Source: a virus (taxonomy: Duplodnaviria > Caudoviricetes). From it: a stretch of DNA of 64,000 nt. Location: positions 1-64,000 of IMG/VR virus record IMGVR_UViG_3300048581_000044; one strand, written 5' to 3'. The first letter of the stretch is position 1; each line of letters starts with the position of its first letter. Positions 53,665 to 62,698 of this stretch are shown piece by piece. The notes under the pieces are model-generated. The model was not told the origin of the DNA. It made no database searches and worked only from the letters and a program-made list of their open reading frames with translations. The translations under genes and the position numbers were made by a program.

Positions 53665-55113
53665 TCAAGGAGTCGGCGAGAAAACTTCATTAACTGTGGC
53701 AGGTGTGGTGTTAAAACCGCCCGGCTGGACAGTTCCTAAGAACGAGATTTGGCCGTTGGTAAGAAGAGTTGCTTTTGCTGACAACACCGCTACGACACGC
53801 GGGTCAGAAGCCAAAGCGCTTTCCCCATATGCACCAATGTGTCCAGCTGTTTGGTTATCTTGCACGGCCCCAACTTGCGGCGGGATGCGGCTTCCGAAGA
53901 GCAGGTGGTAAATAAGCGTCCCTTGCGTTGTCTGCAAACGGCGTCCTAATGAGATCGCTAGATTCTCATAGCCAGAGATGACTTGGAAGTCTCCAGTCCA
54001 AGGAGGCATGGAGCCGTTAATCGGCCCGATGTAAATATCAGTGCCGAGATAATTTATCGTATAGGACGGAATCGTTCCAACTGCGGCAAGCTGTGTCCCC
54101 GGAGACGGAAGCACAAGCTTTGTTCCCCAGCCCGCGATCCCCGGAGAGCTGCTCATTCCAACATAGGGAGGCACAAGCGCGTTTAACGTCGCGATCTCAG
54201 GCCAACGTTCAAAGTCCCCAAGCGTTCTAGCTGCAACGCTACTGAGTGATTCGTTATTCAAAAGCGTCGTCATTTTAATCTGTGTTACGAGCGGCTGACG
54301 AAGTGAAAGCAAGAAATTAGAAATCTTAGCGGCCGTCACACTCATAACGTTACGCAGTACGGCCTGTTGCTGAAGCTGTTGCGTGTAAGGCGCTCCGGTT
54401 AGGGAATCAGCACACATGAGCATGGCAGGAAGCGTAACGACTTGGTTCCAAGTGTTTAAGGCCACAACGTTGTTAGCAAACGGCCCTGACGTGACAGACG
54501 CGAGTATTTGTGCAACCGACTGGGCGCAAAGATATTCACGATAGGCAACGTCATAGAGCTGTGTGACGTTGTTGCCTTGGTAAACACTAATGGCATTGGC
54601 AACGATTAAAAATGCAGCCGCTGTAGTGGTAGCTTCAGCGACAAGATTTGTAGCAGTCAATCCGCTTGGTGGTGTTTCATAGGCGAACACTGAAAAGAAA
54701 TCCAAAAGCCTAGGAGACGTTATAGCCGCTTCACCGTTAGTCAGTGTCGAAGCTGCGCCATAAGGCGGAAAGGGCACACGTGGTGCCAAGGCAGCGTTAG
54801 CTGTTTGATAAGCCACAAGACGATTTGTAAAAATAGCTACTGTTGCAGGATCAAGCGCTAACGGAAGCGCTTCGATTTCTTGCAAGTAAAGAATCTCTGC
54901 CGTCCAGGCATTGTTAAGGGCATAAGCGTTAACTGCCTCGATACCGTTTTCTAAAGTCGCAAGCATACTCTCTGACATGAGGGCGATTAGGCTTATAGAG
55001 GGTGTTACAACACCAGACACAGGCGTGTTAAAGGCTTCAAGCTGCGCTGTATAATAAGCGAGCGCTGTGTAGGCTGTTTGCCAGAGTGTTCCTGAATAGC
55101 CGACATAAGTCAT
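53665..55113 (-). CDS. Baseplate protein with LysM-like and gp25/GPW-like C-terminal domains
   Basis: ESLSSVAARTLGDFERWPEIATLN; GYENLAISLGRRLQT...FGSRI...DPRV. Confidence 0.7.
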   Translation of the reverse strand: MTYVGYSGTLWQTAYTALAYYTAQLEAFNTPVSGVVTPSISLIALMSESMLATLENGIEAVNAYALNNAWTAEILYLQEIEALPLALDPATVAIFTNRLVAYQTANAALAPRVPFPPYGAASTLTNGEAAITSPRLLDFFSVFAYETPPSGLTATNLVAEATTTAAAFLIVANAISVYQGNNVTQLYDVAYREYLCAQSVAQILASVTSGPFANNVVALNTWNQVVTLPAMLMCADSLTGAPYTQQLQQQAVLRNVMSVTAAKISNFLLSLRQPLVTQIKMTTLLNNESLSSVAARTLGDFERWPEIATLNALVPPYVGMSSSPGIAGWGTKLVLPSPGTQLAAVGTIPSYTINYLGTDIYIGPINGSMPPWTGDFQVISGYENLAISLGRRLQTTQGTLIYHLLFGSRIPPQVGAVQDNQTAGHIGAYGESALASDPRVVAVLSAKATLLTNGQISFLGTVQPGGFNTTPATVNEVFSPTP

Positions 55114-55883
55114 AACGTGATCCCCAGCGCTCCAGGCGTTGAGCTTTTGTAATTTGCAAGCACTGAGACATTAGAAATAGCCATAGCTGCAATTGCTTGC
55201 GGCTGCGACAACGCCAATGCCGAAAGAATAGAATCATTCGCTGTGTCGGTTTGAGGTTTCGCAACAGGGGCAATCCCAACTAGCCGAAAAGCGTATTCGA
55301 AAAGCAGCGGTCTGCGTTCGTTTTGTCTAACTACCTGCGGCCCAACAGGGACGACTTGCCAATAGCTTCCAGAGAAATAATCGTAAAACTCCATCGTATA
55401 AAGATCAGCGCTTCCGCTCTTGCGCTGCTGTGCGTTAAAATAAGCGAATTGATTCACAATGTCTTGAAGAGCTGCAATAGCTTCTAAGCCCGTGCTGCTA
55501 TAGCCATCCGTACTATGATATTGCCAGCCGGTCGTCCCTTCGATCCGATACGTGACAGGGGAGTTGCCATAAATATCAACCTCACGGTGCACACCAAATT
55601 CGCTAGGGTCTCCTGCTACGTCGTAAACATTCGACATAGCCGTGAATTCCTTAAACACTGTCGATGGTGATAAAGGAAACGTGAAAGACTGAAACGGTGT
55701 GCTTGTGTTATGCGACTCAAAAATAGAAATAGCGTAAAGGGCCGTCCGAGAATTTGGAAGCGGGATCGTCTGAAACGATTGTCCAACAACTCGCGCAGAA
55801 AGCGCAACAGTTGAACCGTTGAAGCCAATCCCAAGCTGTGTGCCAGAGGCCGCTAAGTTAAAGGGAAACCCTAAGCCTGCCAT
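55110..55883 (-). CDS. Tail/baseplate tube-initiator-like protein
   Basis: FTFPLSP, YRIEGTTG, RPLLFEY; position in the baseplate cluster. Confidence 0.55.
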   Translation of the reverse strand: MAGLGFPFNLAASGTQLGIGFNGSTVALSARVVGQSFQTIPLPNSRTALYAISIFESHNTSTPFQSFTFPLSPSTVFKEFTAMSNVYDVAGDPSEFGVHREVDIYGNSPVTYRIEGTTGWQYHSTDGYSSTGLEAIAALQDIVNQFAYFNAQQRKSGSADLYTMEFYDYFSGSYWQVVPVGPQVVRQNERRPLLFEYAFRLVGIAPVAKPQTDTANDSILSALALSQPQAIAAMAISNVSVLANYKSSTPGALGITL

Positions 55884-57745
55884 TAGATGATCTCCAAAAC
55901 AATGTCGTTTAACGAGCTTGTGGCAAAAAGGCTATTATTTATCCATTGCAGGCTGGAGATTCCCAAAGGTGTTGCTTGGGGCTGTCCTGTAAACTGCGTG
56001 ATAACACCCGAAGCAATGACTCCTCCCGTGGGAGAGATTGTAAAAAGCTCATTTTGCAAAGTCGCGACTGTTATGCGGCCCGAGGGATCAAACGTCAAAG
56101 CTGTAGGGATATAGCTTTGGAGGTTAGTTGTTACCCAGCCTGAGCCGTTGTATGTTGAAACCTCTCCGTTCTTGTTAGCAGCTAAAGCATAAGGCGCAGA
56201 GAGGTTAAAAAACTCTGTAGCACCGCTTCCTGCCGCGATGATCGTTGTAGCGACAGTGATCGGTGATATGATCGATGTTGCGTTTAAGGCTTGTAAGCTG
56301 TTTGGCCCTTGGTAATCGTTCTGTTCTGTAAGCGCACCAGCGAATAAACTGAACACACGCAGACGTGAATTAGTGCCATCAGCGATCACGTATTGGCCTT
56401 GCTGGTAAAACAATCCAACAACTGATCCTGAGAACGTAGCTGTCAGCCCTTGCGTATAAAGATAGCCGTTAGCTCCTTGAGTTCCAGCGGCAATGATGTT
56501 TCCAAGGGAATCACTCGCAAGATAAGAGGGTGTGAACGAGAGAGTCGTTGAAGCTCCAATCACCCAGGCTCCTAACGTGTATTGTAAATTAACCAACGCG
56601 CCACTTGCCCCTACAACTGCGGTAGAGGCCGTAGGTAAGAAAACCGAACTAGCTTTAGCAATCGAAAGCGGTGCGCCTAGTGCCCAGGTTGAACCTCCTA
56701 GGCTCAAAGACGTTACGGTGTTTAAGCTTGGCTGACAAGCGAGCGCTTTTGTTGCGTTAGGCGTGAGGCCAACAGCGGTTGCACCGCTAAGAGCAAGAGT
56801 TTGAGAACGCGTCAGCGAGCCGAACGTGTAGTTAAACACGCTTAGGACGTTATTGATGGAATCAGTTCCAAGTAGTGTGTTCCCGATAGAAGACCACGCT
56901 AGGGCGTTTAGACTCCCAATACCGCTTAGCGTTTGGGTTTCAGCCCAGCCGTTAAGACCATTGAGCTGCCAATACGAGATAGCTGAAACAGCAGGCGTTG
57001 CTCCAATGAAGGAAGTGTTGTTTAGAGGATTAGCCGCAAGCGCTGAAAAGCCAGAGCTTATAGTCATTGTCCCCCAACCGCCTACAGCAATAAGGCTTCC
57101 GCTGACAGCTAGACAGCTTGGCACAGGCATAGGCGTAGCGATGAGGCTACTAGTCACAACAGCGCCTGAACCTGTTCCTGAGATCGTGGCAGTGCCTATG
57201 CCGCTAGCTGTTGCTGATAACGTGTAAAGCTTATTACCTTGGCCGGACAGTGTTAGAGCCGGAGAGCCAAAGGTTCCAATTGCGACTAACCCACTCGTCC
57301 CAAGTCCAGATGACGCAAAGAGATCGGCTGTAGAGAGAACGTCATAGAGACTAAGAATGTCGATAGTTGTCGTGTTTTCAGCTAGCGTGTAGATATTTCC
57401 CGACGCATCAACAGCGTAAGGGACTGTACTAAGTGATCCGAGTCCTGTAAAAACAATGGCTGCATTTGGAGGAACATAAGCGTTAACGATCCCGCTCATG
57501 TTGTAAAGGCTAAGTGGCCCATAAAAAGGCAGAAGCCAGAGTCCGACGTTACCGCTAGGGGCTACGCCAGCAAAGCCAAGCTCTGTGCTACCTGACACTG
57601 CCGTGGTCGCAATGACGCCAGCGTTAAGCTGATAAGCGCTTGGGTGCTCCCAGGCAGGCAAAAACACCCCACTCGCCCACGCGGTTTGCAAGGTCGCTCG
57701 GATCGACGTATGTGAGTCGCTATAGCGATAGTAGCCTGAAGCCAT
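55883..57745 (-). CDS. Beta-propeller-like virion structural protein
   Basis: 620-aa Ser/Thr/Gly-rich beta-strand repeats. Confidence 0.5.
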   Translation of the reverse strand: MASGYYRYSDSHTSIRATLQTAWASGVFLPAWEHPSAYQLNAGVIATTAVSGSTELGFAGVAPSGNVGLWLLPFYGPLSLYNMSGIVNAYVPPNAAIVFTGLGSLSTVPYAVDASGNIYTLAENTTTIDILSLYDVLSTADLFASSGLGTSGLVAIGTFGSPALTLSGQGNKLYTLSATASGIGTATISGTGSGAVVTSSLIATPMPVPSCLAVSGSLIAVGGWGTMTISSGFSALAANPLNNTSFIGATPAVSAISYWQLNGLNGWAETQTLSGIGSLNALAWSSIGNTLLGTDSINNVLSVFNYTFGSLTRSQTLALSGATAVGLTPNATKALACQPSLNTVTSLSLGGSTWALGAPLSIAKASSVFLPTASTAVVGASGALVNLQYTLGAWVIGASTTLSFTPSYLASDSLGNIIAAGTQGANGYLYTQGLTATFSGSVVGLFYQQGQYVIADGTNSRLRVFSLFAGALTEQNDYQGPNSLQALNATSIISPITVATTIIAAGSGATEFFNLSAPYALAANKNGEVSTYNGSGWVTTNLQSYIPTALTFDPSGRITVATLQNELFTISPTGGVIASGVITQFTGQPQATPLGISSLQWINNSLFATSSLNDIVLEII

Positions 57746-57773
57746 AATGCGGCTAGGGTACTACAGAATCAGC

Positions 57774-58625
57774 CTAATCTGAGATACCGATAATGGTGCT
57801 GGAGATGTCTGAGGCTGAGAGATTTGTCGTCGGTGTGCCGCTGTTGGCTGTTCCAGCTTGCACAAGCTTATGCGTGTGATTATTGAACTTATCGATAAGC
57901 TTAGAGACTAGCGTTAGGAAATCGGACGGAGAACTGCCACCTTGGGTGATATTAAGCTTGTCGCCGCCAGCAAGCGCGATTGTGGCTGTTCCTGTGTTGC
58001 CAATCGATAGCGTTGTGCCGCCAATTACAATATTCAAAGCTGAAACGCCGGAGACTGCCACGCTTCCACTTGTATCAACCTCGATTGTTGTTCCGGTAGC
58101 GTGTTTGAAAAAGAAATTGAAAGGTGAAGGAGGCGCCGTGACACGTTCTGCATATGTGAAAGGAATTCGTTGCTGTGCGTTGCTTGCGTCTACTGTGTGG
58201 CGATAGGCGGTAGGGAGTGTAGTTCCCGAGGCGGCTACAATATAGCTTCCATCAGCAAACTGCTCTGCAAGATTTCCTAAGCCGTCGAGTAACCGCCAAT
58301 GCCCCGAGAAGGTGGATTCATAATCGATAAAGGGATCAGTTGGGGCTGAGCCGCTTGCCTGTGTAGCGGTCATGGCGTCCAGGCCGCTGGGGAGATAAGC
58401 CCCTAGCCAAATTCCATTACGAATGTCGCCATAAGGGAAGATGACAACTCCCCAAGAGCCGATTTGAGGTAAGGGTTTCTGTTTAACACGCACAGCGTCT
58501 GCGTAATCGAGCAGCATAAGGACATCTGCTGCAAGCTCCTGGCCGGTGGACTGAAAAAGCACACGAAGCCCACGCGGGGGGCTGAGAGCTGTGACTCGTG
58601 CTAGGGCGAAGGAGAGTCCTTGCAT
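57774..58625 (-). CDS. Baseplate central spike (gpV/gp45-like)
   Basis: N-terminal OB-like region, beta-helix repeats, C-terminal HxH (NNHTH). Confidence 0.78.
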   Translation of the reverse strand: MQGLSFALARVTALSPPRGLRVLFQSTGQELAADVLMLLDYADAVRVKQKPLPQIGSWGVVIFPYGDIRNGIWLGAYLPSGLDAMTATQASGSAPTDPFIDYESTFSGHWRLLDGLGNLAEQFADGSYIVAASGTTLPTAYRHTVDASNAQQRIPFTYAERVTAPPSPFNFFFKHATGTTIEVDTSGSVAVSGVSALNIVIGGTTLSIGNTGTATIALAGGDKLNITQGGSSPSDFLTLVSKLIDKFNNHTHKLVQAGTANSGTPTTNLSASDISSTIIGISD

Positions 58626-58638
58626 TTTTTAGTGTTCC

Positions 58639-59505
58639 TTACACCTCATCATGTGCCCAGAGCAGATACTCGTTTTCCAAGTCTTCCAGAACCGTAGGGA
58701 GTTTAAGCTCAAACGTCTCACAAAAGGTCTTGTTGGAAAGAACGCTATAAGCCGGACGCGGATTAGCCAACGTTCCAGTTCGCACGTTAGCTCCAGAAAC
58801 AGCTTCATATAAAGAAAGCGCCTTCAAAGCAAAAAAGTCTTTCCAGACAGGCTCCCAAGTCACGAGATTGTACAGTCCCCCAAGCGGCTGCTTGGACTTG
58901 TTAACAAATTCCAAAGCTTCAAACATCTTGTGTGCAATGAGGCGTGTTGAGGTTGGTGTCGTAAGCTGTTTCAAGACTTTGATCGGGTTTTCAACTGTCC
59001 CTTTGCCAGCACGATACTGCTTAATAGCGTCTAGCGATCCGCACATGTCAGCACTATCGTAAATAGAAGACAGCCGGAAGATAAAATGTTCCGGCGCCCG
59101 CAAAGCCAAAATCGCTTGTTCTCCGCAGTATTTAGAAATGCCATAGACTCCCCAAGGAACACCTGTCGAGGGTGTGAGTTTGTTAGAGCAACAGGCGTAA
59201 TCAGTAGAGAAATGAACGAACGAGGCTTGGCAATCGCGTGCCCCAAGAGCCATTTCTAACGGGGCAAGCGTGTTGAGGAGAAAAGCTTCTTCAGGATCAG
59301 CTACACACTGTTCCAAGCCATTCTTAGCCGAACAGTTAATCACGAGATCAGGGTTGTATTCTGAAACGAAACCGCGGATTTGAGGAGAATAGCTCAGGTC
59401 AAGGTCTTCCCGACTCACACCACTGACCTTATGGCCGTGCGCTCCAAACTCTTCAACAATACGCTTCCCAAGCCGTCCTTTGGCGCCAAAAACCAAAACG
59501 TGCAT
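58639..59505 (-). CDS. rmlD: dTDP-4-dehydrorhamnose reductase-like SDR
   Basis: GAKGRLG, INCSA, HFSTDY, YGISK. ATG 59505. Confidence 0.85.
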   Translation of the reverse strand: MHVLVFGAKGRLGKRIVEEFGAHGHKVSGVSREDLDLSYSPQIRGFVSEYNPDLVINCSAKNGLEQCVADPEEAFLLNTLAPLEMALGARDCQASFVHFSTDYACCSNKLTPSTGVPWGVYGISKYCGEQAILALRAPEHFIFRLSSIYDSADMCGSLDAIKQYRAGKGTVENPIKVLKQLTTPTSTRLIAHKMFEALEFVNKSKQPLGGLYNLVTWEPVWKDFFALKALSLYEAVSGANVRTGTLANPRPAYSVLSNKTFCETFELKLPTVLEDLENEYLLWAHDEV

Positions 59506-59509
59506 TTCC

Positions 59510-60067
59510 CTACTCCCAAGGCTCAGCTTCAGACAGCAACGGCGTAACGCGGTCTTTCGCCGATAGCACCACCTGCGCGCCAATCCCCATCGGCCATTGA
59601 ATCCCAATCACCGGGTCATCCCAACGCACCGCGCGTTCTAGCTCTTGGCTGTAATAAGCTGTCATGTCGTAATGAACAACCGCACCTTGCTCGAAGGCGA
59701 AAAAGCCATTAGCAAACCCAGGTGGCACCCAGACTGATTCGTTAGCCACGCCGTCGAGAACAACCCCAGCCCACGTTCCGAAATTTGGCGAACCAGCTCG
59801 TACATCAACAGAGACTTGGAAAATCTTTCCTGAAATGCAACGGAGGAGCTTACCCTGCATAGGCCGTCCAAGCTGATAATGCAGCCCTCTTAGCGTAAAC
59901 GGCACAGAGACGGAGAAATTGGACTGGACGAATTCCAAGCCAGTCGTCAAGTCCATGTATTCATTCGAACGCCTAGCGTCGAGAAAGAACCCGCGGTGGT
60001 CTCGGTAAAGGCGCTCAGGGGTAATGACTGTAACGCCGCCTGGGTGGATAAGCCTTGTGCGTAGCAT
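59510..60067 (-). CDS. rmlC: dTDP-4-dehydrorhamnose 3,5-epimerase-like cupin
   Basis: DHRGFF, LRGLHYQ, QGKL, VPPGFANGF, RWDDP.IGIQWP. ATG 60067. Confidence 0.88.
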   Translation of the reverse strand: MLRTRLIHPGGVTVITPERLYRDHRGFFLDARRSNEYMDLTTGLEFVQSNFSVSVPFTLRGLHYQLGRPMQGKLLRCISGKIFQVSVDVRAGSPNFGTWAGVVLDGVANESVWVPPGFANGFFAFEQGAVVHYDMTAYYSQELERAVRWDDPVIGIQWPMGIGAQVVLSAKDRVTPLLSEAEPWE

Positions 60068-60168
60068 TTCCCAAATCCCTCTCGCTAAGACGTTGTCTGT
60101 TGTGAGGCAATATGGTAGCAAATTCGTCCTTTGTCAAACAACGGCTATGGCTAAAAAGCGAGGAAACC

Positions 60169-61158
60169 ATGAGAGTTTTAATAGTTGGCGGCGCTGGCTT
60201 CATCGGTTCAGTGCTCGCTCCCGTGCTGCTTGCACGAGGGCATGAGGTTACGGTTTTCGACCTCTTCTGGTTTGGAGATCATCTGCCGAAAGCTGTCAAG
60301 AAGCAAAAAGTCAACGCTGGCGCGCTCAAGGCCGAAGACCTTAAGCCTTTTGACGCTGTGATTTTCCTCGCCGGGCTCTCCAACGATCCTATGGCCGATA
60401 CGGCGCCTTTCTCTAATTACGTTTTTAACGCTGCACTCCCAAGCTATCTAGCCTATATTGCACGGCAGGCAGGCGTTAAGCTTTTCATTCATGGCGGCTC
60501 GTGCTCTGTGTATGGGCGAACGGAAGAACGTGTTCGCGAAGACAGCCAGCCTCAGACTTTCTCGCCGTATGGCGTCTCTAAGCTTATCGCCGAAACAGGG
60601 ATTATCCAGCAGTATTGCCACGAGATGCGTGTCGTCCTCTTCCGCATGGGGACAGTCTGCGGCCCGAGTCCTCGAATGCGTTACGACCTTCTGCTTAACG
60701 CTATGGTCAAGGACGCAATCAAAAAACAAACCATCTCCGTCTTTGACAACATGGCCGAACGCCCAATCTTAGACATCGATAGCGCTTGCATTGCGTATGC
60801 GAATGCGCTGGAGGATAAAAAGGTCGTTGGGATTTACAATCTTCTCTCGTTCAACCTTGGCGTCTCATTTGCCGCCGATGCAGTGCAAAAACGCGTCTTT
60901 GCCAAAACGCGCACACTTCCTAAAATCGTTTATCAAGGCGGGACGGACATCCGCAGCTATTCGGTCAATGACGGTCGGGCACAGCGTGCTAACTTGTCTT
61001 TTGAGACGCTCCCAACAGCCACAATCGATAAAATCATTGATGGCGTGTTAGCTTCGACCGCTGACTTAGAGTCCTCAGCGTATCACAACATCAAACGTTT
61101 TAAGGAGTTGGTGGCGACTGAGTTCCCTGTGCTGTCAGGTACAGGTTGTCCAGCGTAA
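60169..61158 (+). CDS. NAD-dependent nucleotide-sugar epimerase/dehydratase (extended SDR)
   Basis: GGAGFIGS, FLAGLSNDP, SCSVYG, YGVSK. AGGA RBS before ATG 60169. Confidence 0.88.
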   Translation: MRVLIVGGAGFIGSVLAPVLLARGHEVTVFDLFWFGDHLPKAVKKQKVNAGALKAEDLKPFDAVIFLAGLSNDPMADTAPFSNYVFNAALPSYLAYIARQAGVKLFIHGGSCSVYGRTEERVREDSQPQTFSPYGVSKLIAETGIIQQYCHEMRVVLFRMGTVCGPSPRMRYDLLLNAMVKDAIKKQTISVFDNMAERPILDIDSACIAYANALEDKKVVGIYNLLSFNLGVSFAADAVQKRVFAKTRTLPKIVYQGGTDIRSYSVNDGRAQRANLSFETLPTATIDKIIDGVLASTADLESSAYHNIKRFKELVATEFPVLSGTGCPA

Positions 61159-62698
61159 TCATTTGCTCTGCAAACTTATTAGAGGGGAGTGCTTTTAGGA
61201 AGTCGCCTGATCCAGATGGCAGTCCGACTTTGTACTCCCCTCCTATACGCTGTGCGTTTCCAATGTGCATGTTGAAGAGTACGCCAGTTGTGCTTGAATC
61301 GTTATAGATAGCTGAAGGCAGCCCGCGCGTAAGCGTCAGATGCGTCATCGAAGGGCCGCCAAAGACATAATGGTTCGTAACGCCTTCGATATAAAAATCC
61401 CACAGCACTCCGTCTCGATAAGGTGCGTAGCTAAAGCGCGTTCCGATCTCAATATCAGGCCGCAGCCACGTCGAGACATCCGCTTTAGCCATAAGAGGCA
61501 TGGCTTCGTAATAGCCGCAAAGCTGCCCAAGCACAGTCGCCATGACTTCTGGCAGTGTCGCATTTTTACCTGTTTGCTGCGCAATCTGCCCTGTAATATC
61601 AGCAAACCACGAGATCGTCTGCATCCATGGCCGATAACCATAACGTGTTACTGACGCCCAATCTATTCCAGCTTCATAATTGAAAATGTATTGGCGTAGG
61701 TTTGAATTTGAATCGCCATTCTGCCCCATAAGCCATGTGGGGTTTATAGTGTAGAAATTATAGACTTCTGATTCTGAGAAAGAAATGTGTGAGCTTATAA
61801 AGCCAACACCTTCAAGATCGAAATTAGGAAGCTTCTGCCACGCTGATGTATCGATAGAATCAAATGACGGAAGGCTGCTTTTTATAGAGGTCACAAGTTG
61901 AGGCAAAGGATTTAGGCGTGCAATAACGGCCGGTGTAGCGGTGACAGACGCGCCTAAGCCAACTGTTGCGAAAGCTGTTCCACCTGATAGGGCGCTAAAA
62001 GTATTAGGCGCTGTTGTGGTGACGAAGAATTCGTAAAAGGGAAACGGAAAAATCGCACGGTATTTTGCCATCCAGGCACCGTTGATCCCTAGAAAATAGT
62101 CTGAGTACGGCACGTAGACTTTGAACTTGTCAAAGCGTGTCGCATAGAGATTCTTGAATGCTACTTTAGCCTTCTTGTACGAAATAGAAGTATCCTTAAA
62201 AACACCTTCCGTCATGATCGTATCATACCATGTCTTCCCCATCACGTCAGGTTCACCTGATAGCAAACCCGCAGCGTTTCCACCCTGTAAAAGCGCCCCC
62301 GTTGCTGTTAGGACCCATAGTGTGTAATAGTCTTCCATCATAAAATAGTACGCAATATCAGGGCCGGTTATGGTGATTGTACGCACGACTGATTTTTCAG
62401 GCTGCCATACCTGCCCTTCTTCAACTAACGAGATAAAGCCAAGCATTGTGACTGCTGATTTATCGGCGCGTTGCATCCCGATAACAACAAGTGACATAGG
62501 GGTTAGAATTTGAGCGGCTGATAAGCCGTTACCAAAAACAGTCGGCGCGAGAACAATTTTAAAGCTCCCAACGTCCTCTTTGAGCCTTTTGTTCGTAATG
62601 ACTTCCAAGACAGCCGCACCCGAAAACGAATAAGGCCCGCCCTCAAACGGGTAAATATCCACTGTACAAAAATCAAAAGCCGTACCGTTAGGACTCAT
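61100..62698 (-). CDS. Baseplate hub protein (gp44/gpD-like)
   Basis: Located between tape measure and spike; LRPDIEIG..., FYIEGVTNHY...THLTLTRG. Confidence 0.7.
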   Translation of the reverse strand: MSPNGTAFDFCTVDIYPFEGGPYSFSGAAVLEVITNKRLKEDVGSFKIVLAPTVFGNGLSAAQILTPMSLVVIGMQRADKSAVTMLGFISLVEEGQVWQPEKSVVRTITITGPDIAYYFMMEDYYTLWVLTATGALLQGGNAAGLLSGEPDVMGKTWYDTIMTEGVFKDTSISYKKAKVAFKNLYATRFDKFKVYVPYSDYFLGINGAWMAKYRAIFPFPFYEFFVTTTAPNTFSALSGGTAFATVGLGASVTATPAVIARLNPLPQLVTSIKSSLPSFDSIDTSAWQKLPNFDLEGVGFISSHISFSESEVYNFYTINPTWLMGQNGDSNSNLRQYIFNYEAGIDWASVTRYGYRPWMQTISWFADITGQIAQQTGKNATLPEVMATVLGQLCGYYEAMPLMAKADVSTWLRPDIEIGTRFSYAPYRDGVLWDFYIEGVTNHYVFGGPSMTHLTLTRGLPSAIYNDSSTTGVLFNMHIGNAQRIGGEYKVGLPSGSGDFLKALPSNKFAEQMITLDNLYLTAQGTQSPPTP

